64,000 bases of DNA from Alphaproteobacteria bacterium (GCA_965228895.1 OZ245842.1:3136001-3200000), one strand, 5' to 3'. Positions 9,185 through 19,658 are shown, counted from the stretch's first letter. The notes: a model not told the origin generated them from the letters alone. Numbers and translations: made by a program.

Positions 9185-10117
9185 ATGGCCACGGTGACCT
9201 ATCTCAAGTCTCTTCAGGCGCTGGAGCTTGCGGTGCGAACCGGTTCGTTACGCGCGACGGCGGAACACCTCGCGATTACGCCCGCCGCCGTCGGCCAGCG
9301 GATCAAATCTATCGAAGACTATCTTGGGTTGGAACTGGTCGTGCGCGGTCGTTACGGCGTCCACCCGACACCGGCGCTGGAACGCGTCCTGCCCCATCTC
9401 AACGCGGCCTTCGATGAGCTGGAAAAGGCTGCGGAAGCCCTGGACTTCCAACGCGTTCGCGAAATTCACATCGTGGCGAATTCGGATTGGGCCGACCTTT
9501 GGCTGTTTCCCAGGCTGCCGCGATTCAGAGCTCAAAATCCCAACATCCTGTTCTGTGTCAACGGCGTTGGTGACGTCCCGACACGCATTGGGCAGAAAGA
9601 CTGCGAAATCTGGTTTGGCAAATCGCATGCAGCGCATCCAAGCGATAGCCTGTTCAGAGACTATCTGCTGCCGGTGAGTTCGTCAGAGAACAAGCAGCGC
9701 ATCTCCGATCTGCCGGCGGAAGAACGGCTTGAAGGGTTCCCGCTCATTCACCTGGAGTGTTATGCGGATGATCCCGACGCGATCGGCTGGCCGGACTGGA
9801 TCAAGGCGCACGGCTACCGGAATACCGCGCCTGAGCGGGGCGTCAGATACCGCCATGTCACCCATGCGCTTGACGCCGTGCACTCGAGCGCCGGGCTGCT
9901 GATCTGCGGTCTGTCGCTGATACTGGGCGCGGTCGAGAAGGACCATGTTGCGCTGCCGTTTCCGATCTCACTGGGAGCCTGGACCAGCCACGCCTACCAG
10001 GTTCGTTTCCACGACAGATCGCTTCGACGACCACAGGTTCAACGGTTCAGGGACTGGCTGCTGGACGAGAGCGCAACGACCGCCAACGACCTGCATCGGC
10101 TAACCGGCAACCGGTGA
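9185..10117 (+). CDS. LysR family regulator (GcvA-like)
   Basis: N-terminal HTH TAEHLAITPAAVGQRIKSIE; WLFPRLPRFRAQNP. Confidence 0.9.
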   Translation: MATVTYLKSLQALELAVRTGSLRATAEHLAITPAAVGQRIKSIEDYLGLELVVRGRYGVHPTPALERVLPHLNAAFDELEKAAEALDFQRVREIHIVANSDWADLWLFPRLPRFRAQNPNILFCVNGVGDVPTRIGQKDCEIWFGKSHAAHPSDSLFRDYLLPVSSSENKQRISDLPAEERLEGFPLIHLECYADDPDAIGWPDWIKAHGYRNTAPERGVRYRHVTHALDAVHSSAGLLICGLSLILGAVEKDHVALPFPISLGAWTSHAYQVRFHDRSLRRPQVQRFRDWLLDESATTANDLHRLTGNR

Positions 10118-10133
10118 CAGATCACACCCGAAC

Positions 10134-12035
10134 CTAGGCACCCTTCGCGTAGCCGAGCGGTTTCAGCGCGTCGGCGATTTCGCCCAGGATGGCCGGCTCG
10201 TCGATGGTCGGCGGAACCGGCACGTCCTCGCCGTCGGCGATCTGGCGCATGGTCTTTCTGAGGATCTTGCCCGAGCGGGTCTTGGGCAGGCGGTCGACCA
10301 CGGTCGCGGTCTTGAAGCTGGCGACAGGGCCGATCTCGTCGCGCACCATCTGGACGACCTCCTTCACGATGTCCGCGTCCGGCCGGTTGACGCCTGCCTT
10401 CAGCACCAGGAAGCCGACAGGCACGTGACCCTTCAGCTTGTCGGCGACGCCGACGACGGCGCATTCGGCGACATCCTGATGTTTGGACAGAACCTCCTCC
10501 ATGCCGCCCGTCGAGAGGCGATGGCCGGCGACGTTAATCAGGTCGTCGGTGCGGCTCATGATGTAGATGTAGCCGTCCTCGTCGATCATGCCGGCATCGC
10601 CGGTCTTGTAGTAGCCGGGGAAGTCGGCCATGTAGGCGTCGATCAGGCCCTGATCGTTGTTCCAGAGCGTCGGCAAACCGGACGGCGGCAGCGGCAGTTT
10701 GACGCAGATGGCACCGATCTCGCCGGTCGCGGCCTTGTGGCCGCCGTCGTCCAGGATGTCGATGGCATAGCCTGGCACCGGTTTGGTCGGCGAACCGTAC
10801 TTGACCGGGAAGCGGCCCAGGCCCAAGCAGTTGGCGGCCATCGCCCAGCCGGTTTCGGTCTGCCACCAGTGATCGATCACCGGGCGGTCCAGGATACGCT
10901 CGGCCCATTGGATGGTGTCGGGGTCGGCGCGCTCCCCGGCCAGGAACAGCGTCACGAACTTCGAGATATCGTACTGGCCGACAAACTTGCCGTCGGGATC
11001 GTCGCGCTTGATGGCCCGGAACGCTGTCGGCGCGGTGAAGAGCGCCTTGACGCCGTGCTGCGAAATGACGCGCCAGAACACACCGGCGTCCGGCGTGCCG
11101 ACCGGCTTGCCTTCGAACAGGATGGTCGCGCAGCCGTGCAGCAATGGCGCGTAGACGATGTAGCTGTGGCCGACGACCCAGCCGATGTCGGAGGCCGCCC
11201 ACCAGACGTCGCCGGGGTCGAGGTCGTAGACCGCCTTCATCGACCATTTCAGCGCCACCATGTGGCCGCCGTTGTCGCGCACCACGCCCTTCGGTTTGCC
11301 GGTGGTGCCGGAGGTATAGAGGATATAGAGCGGATCAGTCGCCTTGACCGGCACGCAGTCGGCAGGCTCAGCCTTGGCGATTTCATCGTCCCAATCGAGG
11401 TCGCGTCCGGGTTTGAGCTCTTCGTGCTGTTGCTCGCGCTGCAAGACAATGATCGTCTTCGGCTTATGCGCAGCAATCTCGAAGGCTTCGTTCAGGATCG
11501 GCATATAGGCGACAACACGGCCGGGCTCGATACCGCAGGTCGCGGACAGAACGAGTTTCGGTTCGGCATCGTCGAGGCGCTTGGCAACCTCGCTGGCGGC
11601 GAAGCCGCCAAAGACGACGGAGTGGACGGCACCAAGACGCGCGCAGGCCAACATGGCGATGACGGCCTGGGGAACGGCGGGCATATAGATGAGAACGCGG
11701 TCACCCTTCTCGACGCCGTTGGCCTTCAAGACACCGGCAAAACGCGACACCGCGTCTTTCAGCTCGGAGAAGGTCCAGGTCTTGACGACACCGGTGATCG
11801 GGCTGTCGTAGATGAGCGCGCGCTGATCGCCCCGCCCCGCTTCGACATGGCGGTCGACGGCGTTAAAACAGGTATTGGTCTCGGCGCCGTCGAACCAGCG
11901 GTAGAACGGCGGTTTGTCGTCGTCGAGCACGCGGTCCCACGGTTTGGTCCAGTCGATATCGGCGGCCAGCTCGCCCCAGAACCCCGCAGGATCCTCCAGC
12001 GAGCGGCGATAGGCTTCGTCATAGGCCCGCGTCAT
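10134..12035 (-). CDS. prpE: Propionyl-CoA synthetase
   Basis: YTSGTTGKPKGVVRDNGGH, ASDIGWVVGHSYIVYAPL, DHWWQTETGW, PKTRSGKILR. Confidence 0.9.
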   Translation of the reverse strand: MTRAYDEAYRRSLEDPAGFWGELAADIDWTKPWDRVLDDDKPPFYRWFDGAETNTCFNAVDRHVEAGRGDQRALIYDSPITGVVKTWTFSELKDAVSRFAGVLKANGVEKGDRVLIYMPAVPQAVIAMLACARLGAVHSVVFGGFAASEVAKRLDDAEPKLVLSATCGIEPGRVVAYMPILNEAFEIAAHKPKTIIVLQREQQHEELKPGRDLDWDDEIAKAEPADCVPVKATDPLYILYTSGTTGKPKGVVRDNGGHMVALKWSMKAVYDLDPGDVWWAASDIGWVVGHSYIVYAPLLHGCATILFEGKPVGTPDAGVFWRVISQHGVKALFTAPTAFRAIKRDDPDGKFVGQYDISKFVTLFLAGERADPDTIQWAERILDRPVIDHWWQTETGWAMAANCLGLGRFPVKYGSPTKPVPGYAIDILDDGGHKAATGEIGAICVKLPLPPSGLPTLWNNDQGLIDAYMADFPGYYKTGDAGMIDEDGYIYIMSRTDDLINVAGHRLSTGGMEEVLSKHQDVAECAVVGVADKLKGHVPVGFLVLKAGVNRPDADIVKEVVQMVRDEIGPVASFKTATVVDRLPKTRSGKILRKTMRQIADGEDVPVPPTIDEPAILGEIADALKPLGYAKGA

Positions 12036-12161
12036 GCTTGCCTCCCCGTTTTTCTATGATCGGGTATGCCACCCCCGGGCACATCGAATCAACAGTGGCG
12101 CCCGTTGCATTCCACCGGCTCGTCGGGCATCTAAGGAGAGGGTTCGGTATGGGAGGCCGCG

Positions 12162-13805
12162 ATGGCCAAAACCAGCATCTATGACGACCATTTGGGGCGC
12201 AACGCGGCCAATCACGTGCCGTTGACGCCACTTTCGATCCTGCCCCGGACCGCGGCGATCTATCCCGAACGCACGGCCTATATCCACGGCACCGTGAGGC
12301 GGAGCTACAAGGACTATGACGCGCGCTGCCGTCAGCTTGCTTCGGCCCTCACCCAGCGCGGCATCGGCAAGGGCGACACGGTCGCGATCATGGCCGCCAA
12401 CATCCCGGCTTTTCTGGAAGCCAGCTTTGGTGTGCCGGCGACCGGCGGCGTCTTGAACTCGCTGAACACACGGCTCGACGCGGCGGCCATCGCGTTCATC
12501 CTGGACCACGGCGAAGCCAAGGTGCTGCTCACCGATACGGCGTTTTCCGGTGTCATCAAGGAGGCGCTAGACCAAGCGAAGGCCAAACCTCTGGTGGTCG
12601 ATATCGCCGATCCGGAGAACGCGGCAGGCGGCGAGCGGTTGGGCGAAATCGAATACGAAGATTTCATCGCGACCGGCGATCCGGCGGGACCGTGGCGCAT
12701 GCCCGACGACGAATGGGACGCGATCACGTTGAACTATACATCGGGTACGACCGGCGACCCGAAGGGTGTCGTCTATCACCATCGCGGCGCCTATCTGCTG
12801 GCGATGGGCAATGTGCTGTCGTGGTCGCTACCGCCGGAGCCGGTCTATCTGTGGACGCTGCCGATGTTCCACTGCAACGGCTGGTGTTTCCCGTGGACAC
12901 TGCCGCTTGTTACCGGCACCAGCGTGTGCCTGCGCCAGGTCGCGGCCAAACCCATCTTCGATGCCATTGCCGATCATCAGGTGACGCACTTTTGTGGCGC
13001 GCCGATCGTGTTGAACATGCTGATCAACGCCAGACCGGAGGAACAGCGGACCTGGGACCACAAGGTCCAGGTGATGACCGCGGCAAGCGCACCGCCCGCC
13101 TCTGTCCTGGCGCACATGGACCAGATGGGTTTCGACGTCGCCCACGTCTATGGCCTGACCGAAACCTACGGTCCGGCGGCGGTCTGCGCCTGGCATGACG
13201 AATGGGACGCGCTGCCGATCGAAGAGAAGGCAGACCTGAAGGCGCGCCAGGGTGTCGCCTATCCGGTACTGGAGGCGCTCACCGTCGGTGACGCCGAAAC
13301 CTGTGAGCCTGTGCCGGCCGACGGCGAAACCATGGGCGAGGTGCTGTTCCGCGGCAATGTCGTGATGAAAGGGTATCTGAAGAACCCAAAGTCGACGGAC
13401 GCGGCCTTTGCCGGCGGCTGGTTTCATTCCGGCGATCTCGGCGTCATGCACCCCGACGGCTATATCCAGCTGAAGGACCGGGCCAAGGACATCATTATCT
13501 CCGGCGGTGAAAACATCTCGACCCTGGAAGTCGAAAGCGTGCTCTACCGCCACCCCCAGGTGTTGGAGGCCGCGGTTGTCGCGCGGCCCGACGACAAGTG
13601 GGGTGAGACGCCGTGCGCCTTCGTCACGCTCAAGGACGGTCAGAAGGCAAGCGAGGAGGAGATAATCGCGTTCTGCCGCGATAACATGGCGCACTTCAAA
13701 GCGCCCAAGACCGTGGTGTTCGGCGATCTGCCCAAGACGTCGACCGGCAAGGTGCAGAAGTATGTGTTGCGCGATCAGGCGACCGCATTGAACCAGCAGG
13801 AATAG
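12162..13805 (+). CDS. Short/medium-chain acyl-CoA synthetase (AlkK/DmdB-like)
   Basis: NYTSGTTGDPKGVVYHHRGAYL, LPMFHCNGWCFPW, YGLTE, PKTSTGK. Confidence 0.9.
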   Translation: MAKTSIYDDHLGRNAANHVPLTPLSILPRTAAIYPERTAYIHGTVRRSYKDYDARCRQLASALTQRGIGKGDTVAIMAANIPAFLEASFGVPATGGVLNSLNTRLDAAAIAFILDHGEAKVLLTDTAFSGVIKEALDQAKAKPLVVDIADPENAAGGERLGEIEYEDFIATGDPAGPWRMPDDEWDAITLNYTSGTTGDPKGVVYHHRGAYLLAMGNVLSWSLPPEPVYLWTLPMFHCNGWCFPWTLPLVTGTSVCLRQVAAKPIFDAIADHQVTHFCGAPIVLNMLINARPEEQRTWDHKVQVMTAASAPPASVLAHMDQMGFDVAHVYGLTETYGPAAVCAWHDEWDALPIEEKADLKARQGVAYPVLEALTVGDAETCEPVPADGETMGEVLFRGNVVMKGYLKNPKSTDAAFAGGWFHSGDLGVMHPDGYIQLKDRAKDIIISGGENISTLEVESVLYRHPQVLEAAVVARPDDKWGETPCAFVTLKDGQKASEEEIIAFCRDNMAHFKAPKTVVFGDLPKTSTGKVQKYVLRDQATALNQQE

Positions 13806-13810
13806 AACGG

Positions 13811-15274
13811 ATGCCCGAGAAACAAGCGCTTCTTTCCGCCGTCGGCGGCCTGGCCGGCGCGCAGGTCATGTGCATCGGCGATCTTATGCTGGACCGGTTC
13901 GTCTACGGCGAAGTCGACCGCGTGTCGCCGGAGGCGCCGATCCCGGTGTTCCTGGTCGGCAGCGACGAAAGCATGCTGGGCGGCGCCGGCAATGTGGTGC
14001 GCAATCTGGTCGCGCTTGGCCTTGAGGCCTGCCTGGTCGCGGTTGTCGGCGATGACCCGACCGGCCACGACCTGGTCGAGATGGTCGGCGAAGAAACGCA
14101 GATCGAGCCTTACCTTTTGGTCGAACGCGCGCGCCGCTCGACGACCAAGGTGCGCTATGTCGCCGGCGGCCAGCAGATGTTGCGCGCCGACCGCGAGACC
14201 GACCGGCCGATCGAGGCGACGACGCGCGCACGCATCATCGATGTTGTCGCGACCGGCCTGGACGGTATCGGTGCATTGATCCTGTCGGATTACGCCAAGG
14301 GCGTGCTGGCGGGCGATCTGCTGGAGACCATTATCGGCCACGCGCGTGACGCCGGCGTTCCCGTCGTCGTCGACCCCAAGGGCGGCGACTTTTCGATCTA
14401 CAAGGGCGCGACGGTCCTAACGCCGAACCGCAAGGAACTGACCCAGGCGACGCGCATGCTGGCCGAGACCGACGACGAAATCGTCGCCGCCGCCCGGCGC
14501 GCGATCGAGGAATGCGGTGTCGACGCAATCCTGGCAACACGCGGCGCCGACGGTCTTTCGCTGATCGCCGCCGACGGCACGGTCGTGCACATGCCCGCCG
14601 AGGCGCGCGAAGTCTACGATGTCTCCGGTGCCGGCGACACGGTGGTCGCGACCGTCGCCGCGGCGCTGGCGCGCCAGATGGACCTGTCGGCGGCGGCCCG
14701 GCTGGCCAACATCGCCGGCGGCATCGTCGTCGGCAAGATCGGCACCGCCGTGGTGCATCGCGAGGATCTGGAGCGGGTGTTGCGGGCGGAATCCCTGCAC
14801 GCCAACGAAGACAAGATCATCTCTGCCGATGCCGCCGCCGATCAGGTGAAGCGTTGGCGCGCCAAGGGAGAGAAGATCGGCTTCACCAACGGCTGCTTCG
14901 ACCTGCTGCATCCCGGCCACGTTTCGCTGATGCGCCAGGCAAAGGCGCGTTGCGACCGGCTAATCGTCGGGCTGAACAGCGATGCGTCGGTCGGACGGCT
15001 TAAAGGAGCCGACCGACCGGTCCAGAACGAGTCTGCCAGAGCCCAGGTGATCGCGTCGCTCGGCGACGTCGATGCGGTCGTGATCTACGAAGAGGATACG
15101 CCGCTTGCTCTGCTGGAACTGCTAAGGCCGGATGTGCTGATCAAGGGCGCCGACTACACCGAAGATCAGGTCGTCGGCGCGACTGAGGTCAGATCGTGGG
15201 GCGGCGATGTCTATTTAGCTGAGTTGGTGGATGGCCAGAGCACGTCGACGACAATCTCGCGCCTGACGGCCTGA
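13811..15274 (+). CDS. hldE: Bifunctional heptose-7-phosphate kinase / heptose-1-phosphate adenylyltransferase
   Basis: RVSPEAPIPV, DVSGAGDTV, GFTNGCFDLLHPGH, GLNSDASV. Confidence 0.93.
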   Translation: MPEKQALLSAVGGLAGAQVMCIGDLMLDRFVYGEVDRVSPEAPIPVFLVGSDESMLGGAGNVVRNLVALGLEACLVAVVGDDPTGHDLVEMVGEETQIEPYLLVERARRSTTKVRYVAGGQQMLRADRETDRPIEATTRARIIDVVATGLDGIGALILSDYAKGVLAGDLLETIIGHARDAGVPVVVDPKGGDFSIYKGATVLTPNRKELTQATRMLAETDDEIVAAARRAIEECGVDAILATRGADGLSLIAADGTVVHMPAEAREVYDVSGAGDTVVATVAAALARQMDLSAAARLANIAGGIVVGKIGTAVVHREDLERVLRAESLHANEDKIISADAAADQVKRWRAKGEKIGFTNGCFDLLHPGHVSLMRQAKARCDRLIVGLNSDASVGRLKGADRPVQNESARAQVIASLGDVDAVVIYEEDTPLALLELLRPDVLIKGADYTEDQVVGATEVRSWGGDVYLAELVDGQSTSTTISRLTA

Positions 15275-15372
15275 TCTAATGATGAATGAAAGCGTTGCCT
15301 GACCGCGCTTGATGGCAAGTCAGGCTTCTGTCTCCGGGGTCGGGCCGCCTCGTTCTCGGCCCGACCGGCAAC

Positions 15373-15403
15373 AAAAAACCCGGAGCGCTTATGCGATCCG
15401 GGT
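15373..15403 (-). terminator. Intrinsic terminator for the DUF465 gene
   Basis: aaaaaacccgga...tccgggt stem with an A-run (U-tract on the minus strand). Confidence 0.65.
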
Positions 15404-15413
15404 GTGCGAGAGG

Positions 15414-15584
15414 CTAGGAGAAGCCCTCCCTCTTGGACAGTTCTTCCTTGACCTTCAGTTTCTCCCTCTTCAGCTCGGTCAGGTGGACCTGGTCCGGGAG
15501 AGGACGGTTGATCTCTTCGTCGATCTGACGCTCGAGATCAGCGTGTACGGTCTCCAATTCCGCCATATCAACCATTTGGCCCAT
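15414..15584 (-). CDS. YdcH/DUF465 family small protein
   Basis: HADLERQIDEE..RP.PD...L.ELKREKL..KEE; GGAGG RBS. Confidence 0.85.
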   Translation of the reverse strand: MGQMVDMAELETVHADLERQIDEEINRPLPDQVHLTELKREKLKVKEELSKREGFS

Positions 15585-15714
15585 CGGCACCTCCAGATTA
15601 AGGTTGCTCACGCGCGGACCACTCGGTGCGCATCACGGCCTCTTCCAATCGGGATCCAAGCCGGATGCGCGCCGTCATGGTCCTAACGAAATAGTATAGC
15701 TTGGGACGGCGAGC

Positions 15715-16305
15715 ATGGCGACTCCACAAAGGCTGATCGTTGGAATCAGCGGCGCATCGGGCGTTGTCTATGGCATCCGTTTGCTTCAAGCGCTGCGCGA
15801 CCTCGCGATCGAGAGCCATCTCGTCATGTCGAAATCCGCAGAATTGACGGCTTCCTACGAGTCGCCCAAATCCGGGACTGAGATCCGCGCCCTCGCCGAT
15901 CATATCCACAAGGACGGCGACCTCGGCGCGCTGCCCTCCAGCGGCTCGTTCAAGACACTAGGTATGGTGGTTGCACCGTGCTCGATACGCAGTATGTCGG
16001 AAATCGCCACAGGCACCACGACGACGCTGCTGACCCGCGCGGCGGATGTCACGTTGAAGGAGAAGCGCCGGCTGGTCTTGATGGTGCGCGAGACGCCGCT
16101 GCATGCCGGCCACCTGCGCAACATGCTGGCGCTGGCCGAAATGGGCGCGGTCATCGCCCCGCCGGTGCCGGCCTTCTACACCAAACCTCAGACCATCGGC
16201 GATCTGGTCGACCATTCGGTCGGGCGCGTGCTCGATCTGTTCGATATCGACAACGACCTCGCCAAACGCTGGGACGAGATCCATCCCAAGGACGCCAAGT
16301 CCTAG
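15715..16305 (+). CDS. ubiX: Flavin prenyltransferase
   Basis: IVGISGASG, SSGSF, APCS, RAADVTLKEKR.LVLMVRETP, PPVPAFY. Confidence 0.93.
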   Translation: MATPQRLIVGISGASGVVYGIRLLQALRDLAIESHLVMSKSAELTASYESPKSGTEIRALADHIHKDGDLGALPSSGSFKTLGMVVAPCSIRSMSEIATGTTTTLLTRAADVTLKEKRRLVLMVRETPLHAGHLRNMLALAEMGAVIAPPVPAFYTKPQTIGDLVDHSVGRVLDLFDIDNDLAKRWDEIHPKDAKS

Positions 16306-16829
16306 GACGTCGAGGCGCCCGCCCCGACCGGCACCAAAATCGGACAGTTCGTGCATGCGGCGCTGTCGCACAGACGGCAGGTCCTGAGTTTGTGCGTGTC
16401 ATCGCGCGATCCCGCGATCAGCAGTTTCTCAAGCAGTCTGCCTAGCGACCGTTGGTCGCCTGCCGAAAGACCGGAGACCAGAGGGACAAGCGTGGCTTCG
16501 CGTTCCTTCAAAATCTCCCGCCGGATCGCCTCCCCGGCTTTGGTCAGGTAGAGCGCGGCGACGCGTCTGTCGTGTGCCGCCGTACGCCGCTCGACCAGCT
16601 TATCGTCAATCAACCGGTCGATCAGGCGAACGGTCCCGGTGTGGGTCAGGCCGAGCAGACGGCTCAAGCCGTCGTTGGAGAGGCCGGGCTGATGGCCAAG
16701 GGCGCAAAGCGCCGCCGCCGACTCGCCACCGTGGCCCGAACTCTGTTCGACGGCCTGCTTCAGTTCGTCGTGCAGGCCAAGCACCGCCGCGCCAAGCAGG
16801 TTGGCGGTGCGCAAGGTTAGTTTGCTCAT
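16302..16829 (-). CDS. MarR family regulator with C-terminal Cys cluster
   Basis: wHTH LGLTHTGTVRLIDRL...DRR; CRLCD..AC..CP tail. Confidence 0.85.
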   Translation of the reverse strand: MSKLTLRTANLLGAAVLGLHDELKQAVEQSSGHGGESAAALCALGHQPGLSNDGLSRLLGLTHTGTVRLIDRLIDDKLVERRTAAHDRRVAALYLTKAGEAIRREILKEREATLVPLVSGLSAGDQRSLGRLLEKLLIAGSRDDTHKLRTCRLCDSAACTNCPILVPVGAGASTS

Positions 16830-16836
16830 GGAAAAA

Positions 16837-16897
16837 ATATGTGACTCACACACTTGAATGGCAAGGCCTCATCAATATATGTGAGTCGAACACATAT
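16837..16897. promoter_or_regulatory. Paired operator sites ATATGTG-N7-CACATAT (likely MarR)
   Basis: Perfect site at 16877-16897 and partial copy at 16837-16857 in the divergent intergenic region. Confidence 0.6.
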
Positions 16898-17001
16898 TTT
16901 AGGGGGACCGGCCATGCGCGTTCAGCCCACCGTTTCCGATGCAACGCCGAGGCGGTCTCATCATCCTGCACCAGCCAACCTGCCTTCAGGGAGTTAAAGA
17001 C

Positions 17002-18054
17002 ATGATCACGACATCCCGACGCCGGGTTCTCGGTACACTCGCGAGCACGGCTGCCATCGCGCTGCCGTCGACAATGGCTTCACCATCCGTCGCGCGAGCC
17101 AGCAATCGCAACGCCGATAATCTGTCACCCGCGGTCGATCCGATGGAGACCTTCGCGGGGACCTGGCCGTTCCAAGCCCGCTACGACACCGCGTCCGGAT
17201 TCGCCATGCATTACATCGACGAGGGCCACGGCGACGACACCCTGCTCCTGCTGCATGGCGAACCGACCTGGGGTTATCTCTTCCGTCAGCAGATACCGTT
17301 GTGGGCGCGCCAGGCGCGCGTCATCGCGGTCGACCACATGGGCTTCGGCAAGAGCGCGACACCAGGCGACAGGACCTATTGGCTGCAGGACCATATCGAC
17401 AATCTCGAGCGTTTCGTGGTGTCACAAGACCTGCGCGACCTGACGCTTGTCATGCACGATTTCGGCGGTCCGGTCGGCATGGGACTGGCGATCCGCCACC
17501 CCGACCGGATCAAACGCATTGTGTCAATCAACGGCCCGACACCGCTCGGACAAACGGATCTGATCGACCGGCTCACGGCCAATGCCGCCATCGCGCCGTG
17601 GTTCCAGTGGATCTTGAAGGCAGAAGCCGACGGCACGCTGGAAAACGTGCTGGGCCAGCTCGATTACAACATCCTGTCGACCCTGAAACTTAACGGGTTC
17701 GAGCGTAACGAGATCATCACCGATACATGGCTTGCAGCCTATCGCGCGCCCTTCCCGACCCCTGCTCAAGCGGCAGGCGCGATCGGCTGGGCCAAGGGTT
17801 TTGCCACCGGCGCCCACGTTTTCGAAACGCCGGATGCAGCCGCCGCCGCAGAACTGGCGACAAAACCCGCGCTGGCACTTTGGGGCGAGGCCGACCGAAC
17901 CCTACACGCCGACCATTTCCTGCCGCTGTTCCGTCAGGCTTTTCCAGAAGGCCGCGTACACCGCCTTGCCGGCGCCGGGCACTACAGCCCCGAAGACGCG
18001 CCAGGCGATGTCGGCCGGCTTGTCGCCGATTTCATCGGCACCATACCGTCCTAA
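17002..18054 (+). CDS. Tat-exported haloalkane dehalogenase-like alpha/beta hydrolase
   Basis: SRRRVLG twin-arginine signal; LHGEPTWGYL, DHMGFGKS, MHDFGG, AGHYSPED. Confidence 0.8.
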   Translation: MITTSRRRVLGTLASTAAIALPSTMASPSVARASNRNADNLSPAVDPMETFAGTWPFQARYDTASGFAMHYIDEGHGDDTLLLLHGEPTWGYLFRQQIPLWARQARVIAVDHMGFGKSATPGDRTYWLQDHIDNLERFVVSQDLRDLTLVMHDFGGPVGMGLAIRHPDRIKRIVSINGPTPLGQTDLIDRLTANAAIAPWFQWILKAEADGTLENVLGQLDYNILSTLKLNGFERNEIITDTWLAAYRAPFPTPAQAAGAIGWAKGFATGAHVFETPDAAAAAELATKPALALWGEADRTLHADHFLPLFRQAFPEGRVHRLAGAGHYSPEDAPGDVGRLVADFIGTIPS

Positions 18055-18602
18055 CCCGTCAACGCGGCTTCCAATGCCGCTTCGGCGGCATCGGCACCGG
18101 CATCGGGGCAGCCGGCGGTAAGTAGAGCGAGCAAGGCATCGCGGTCTTCCTTGGCAAGCGGCGCGGGATTCAAGCCGGCGACGGCGGCAAGACCGGCGGC
18201 GGCTGTCGCGAGGTCACCGGACTCCTTGACGTCGTGGGCGGCCGGGGCCTTGGTCGCGGCAATCAGCATGATCTGTTCGATCTGCTCGGCTTCCAGTTCC
18301 AAGCCCAGGAGTTTCTTGCGCAACTCCTCGACCTCGTCGGCGGGCGCGTTCGGGATACCGCCCTTCAAATCACGCCGAAGCTGGCGGATCGGTTCGATGG
18401 CGGTGGCGCGCACCGGCGCCATGGTCTCGGTCAAGGCGGCGGCACCGGCGGCGTCCAGCGCTGGGCGGCCGGTCGCGGCGAGCCACAAAACATAGATCAG
18501 CAGGTTCACGTCGCTGCCACGCGCGTCCTGCAGATGGATGGCCGCGCCTTGAAAACCCTCGCGCGGATAGACTTTGAGTGAAAAATCCCAGAGTTCCGAC
18601 AT
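18051..18602 (-). CDS. TIGR02444 family protein
   Basis: LWDFSLKVY...LQD..G.DVNLL...P.RQLRR.LK...LELEAEQIEQ. Confidence 0.8.
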   Translation of the reverse strand: MSELWDFSLKVYPREGFQGAAIHLQDARGSDVNLLIYVLWLAATGRPALDAAGAAALTETMAPVRATAIEPIRQLRRDLKGGIPNAPADEVEELRKKLLGLELEAEQIEQIMLIAATKAPAAHDVKESGDLATAAAGLAAVAGLNPAPLAKEDRDALLALLTAGCPDAGADAAEAALEAALTG

Positions 18603-18657
18603 CGCGTGCCCCCCTTTCCTGACCGCATGGCAACGCAGGTCGGGCGCCAGCGGTGGG

Positions 18658-19395
18658 TCAGCGCGAACTGCGTTCTTCGTGCTTGTGCGTGTACATGGCC
18701 TTATCCGCCAAGGCCAGCGCCGAAGCCGCGTCATCGCGCGATGTCAGGGTGTGGACGCCGAAGGAAATGGAAACATAGATCGGGCCGCCGCCGACGATCA
18801 GCGGTTTGCCCTGTGCCATCACCGGCTGTTCGGCGATCAACTGGGCGAGCTCCGATACCTTCTTGAACGCCTGATCACTGTCGGCATGGGGCAGGATCAG
18901 GCCGAACTCGTCGCCGCCCAGACGTCCGACAAGATCCGAGCGGCGGAGGTTCTGAACCAGGGTGTTGGCGACATGAAGCAGCGCCAGATCGCCGGCCACG
19001 TGGCCATACTGGTCGTTGATCTCCTTCATCTGGTTCAAGTCCACGTAGACCACGCTGGACGCGATCTTGTGCCGGTAGGCATAGGCGATCGTGCGGTCGA
19101 GCTCGCGCATAAAGGCACGGCGGTTGGCAACCGGGGTCAGCGCGTCCTGGTCAGTCAGGCGCTCCAGATACTCGATGCGGGAACGGGTGTTGAACAGCTC
19201 CTGGCGCAGGCGTTCAACGTCCTCCAGCAGGCGGATAATGGTCGACCGCACATGGGGCGTCATCTGCTCGCGCGGAATGCCGATCGCCTTGACCAGATCG
19301 TCTGTCGCGTCCCCCGATGCGACAGGATCCCGGTCTTGTGCCGGCGCGCCTGTTCCAGTGCGGGACACAGGTATCCCGTCGTTTTTCTCGCTCAT
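18658..19395 (-). CDS. GGDEF domain diguanylate cyclase
   Basis: DALTPVANRRAF, KEINDQYGHVAGD, GRLGGDEF, ADKAMY. Confidence 0.9.
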   Translation of the reverse strand: MSEKNDGIPVSRTGTGAPAQDRDPVASGDATDDLVKAIGIPREQMTPHVRSTIIRLLEDVERLRQELFNTRSRIEYLERLTDQDALTPVANRRAFMRELDRTIAYAYRHKIASSVVYVDLNQMKEINDQYGHVAGDLALLHVANTLVQNLRRSDLVGRLGGDEFGLILPHADSDQAFKKVSELAQLIAEQPVMAQGKPLIVGGGPIYVSISFGVHTLTSRDDAASALALADKAMYTHKHEERSSR

Positions 19396-19658
19396 GACAT
19401 CCTTTCCCCCCTCGTGATCCATTGCTGGACCTTATCCAAGGCCCCGGATGCGCGGGCTCTGGCAAATGGTTGTTCACACGCTCGCAGTCAGGTGTCGCGG
19501 TCCGATCATGGTTTCGGCCTCGACTTGTTTCACCTGTGTGATGCAGCAAACGTGCCAGCATACGGATCCCTCTCCAAATTTCCTGACAGAGGCGATACAG
19601 AGCTTGAGGTTACCCCCCTAAGACACCAGAATGGCCGCCTTTTTTAGGAAGCTGGGAA

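Noticed and set aside
10425-12059. Long antisense ORFs (also 36644-38062, 47261-48724, 56252-57787 and others)
   Set aside because: Shadow frames of genuine genes, expected at high GC; no recognisable motifs.
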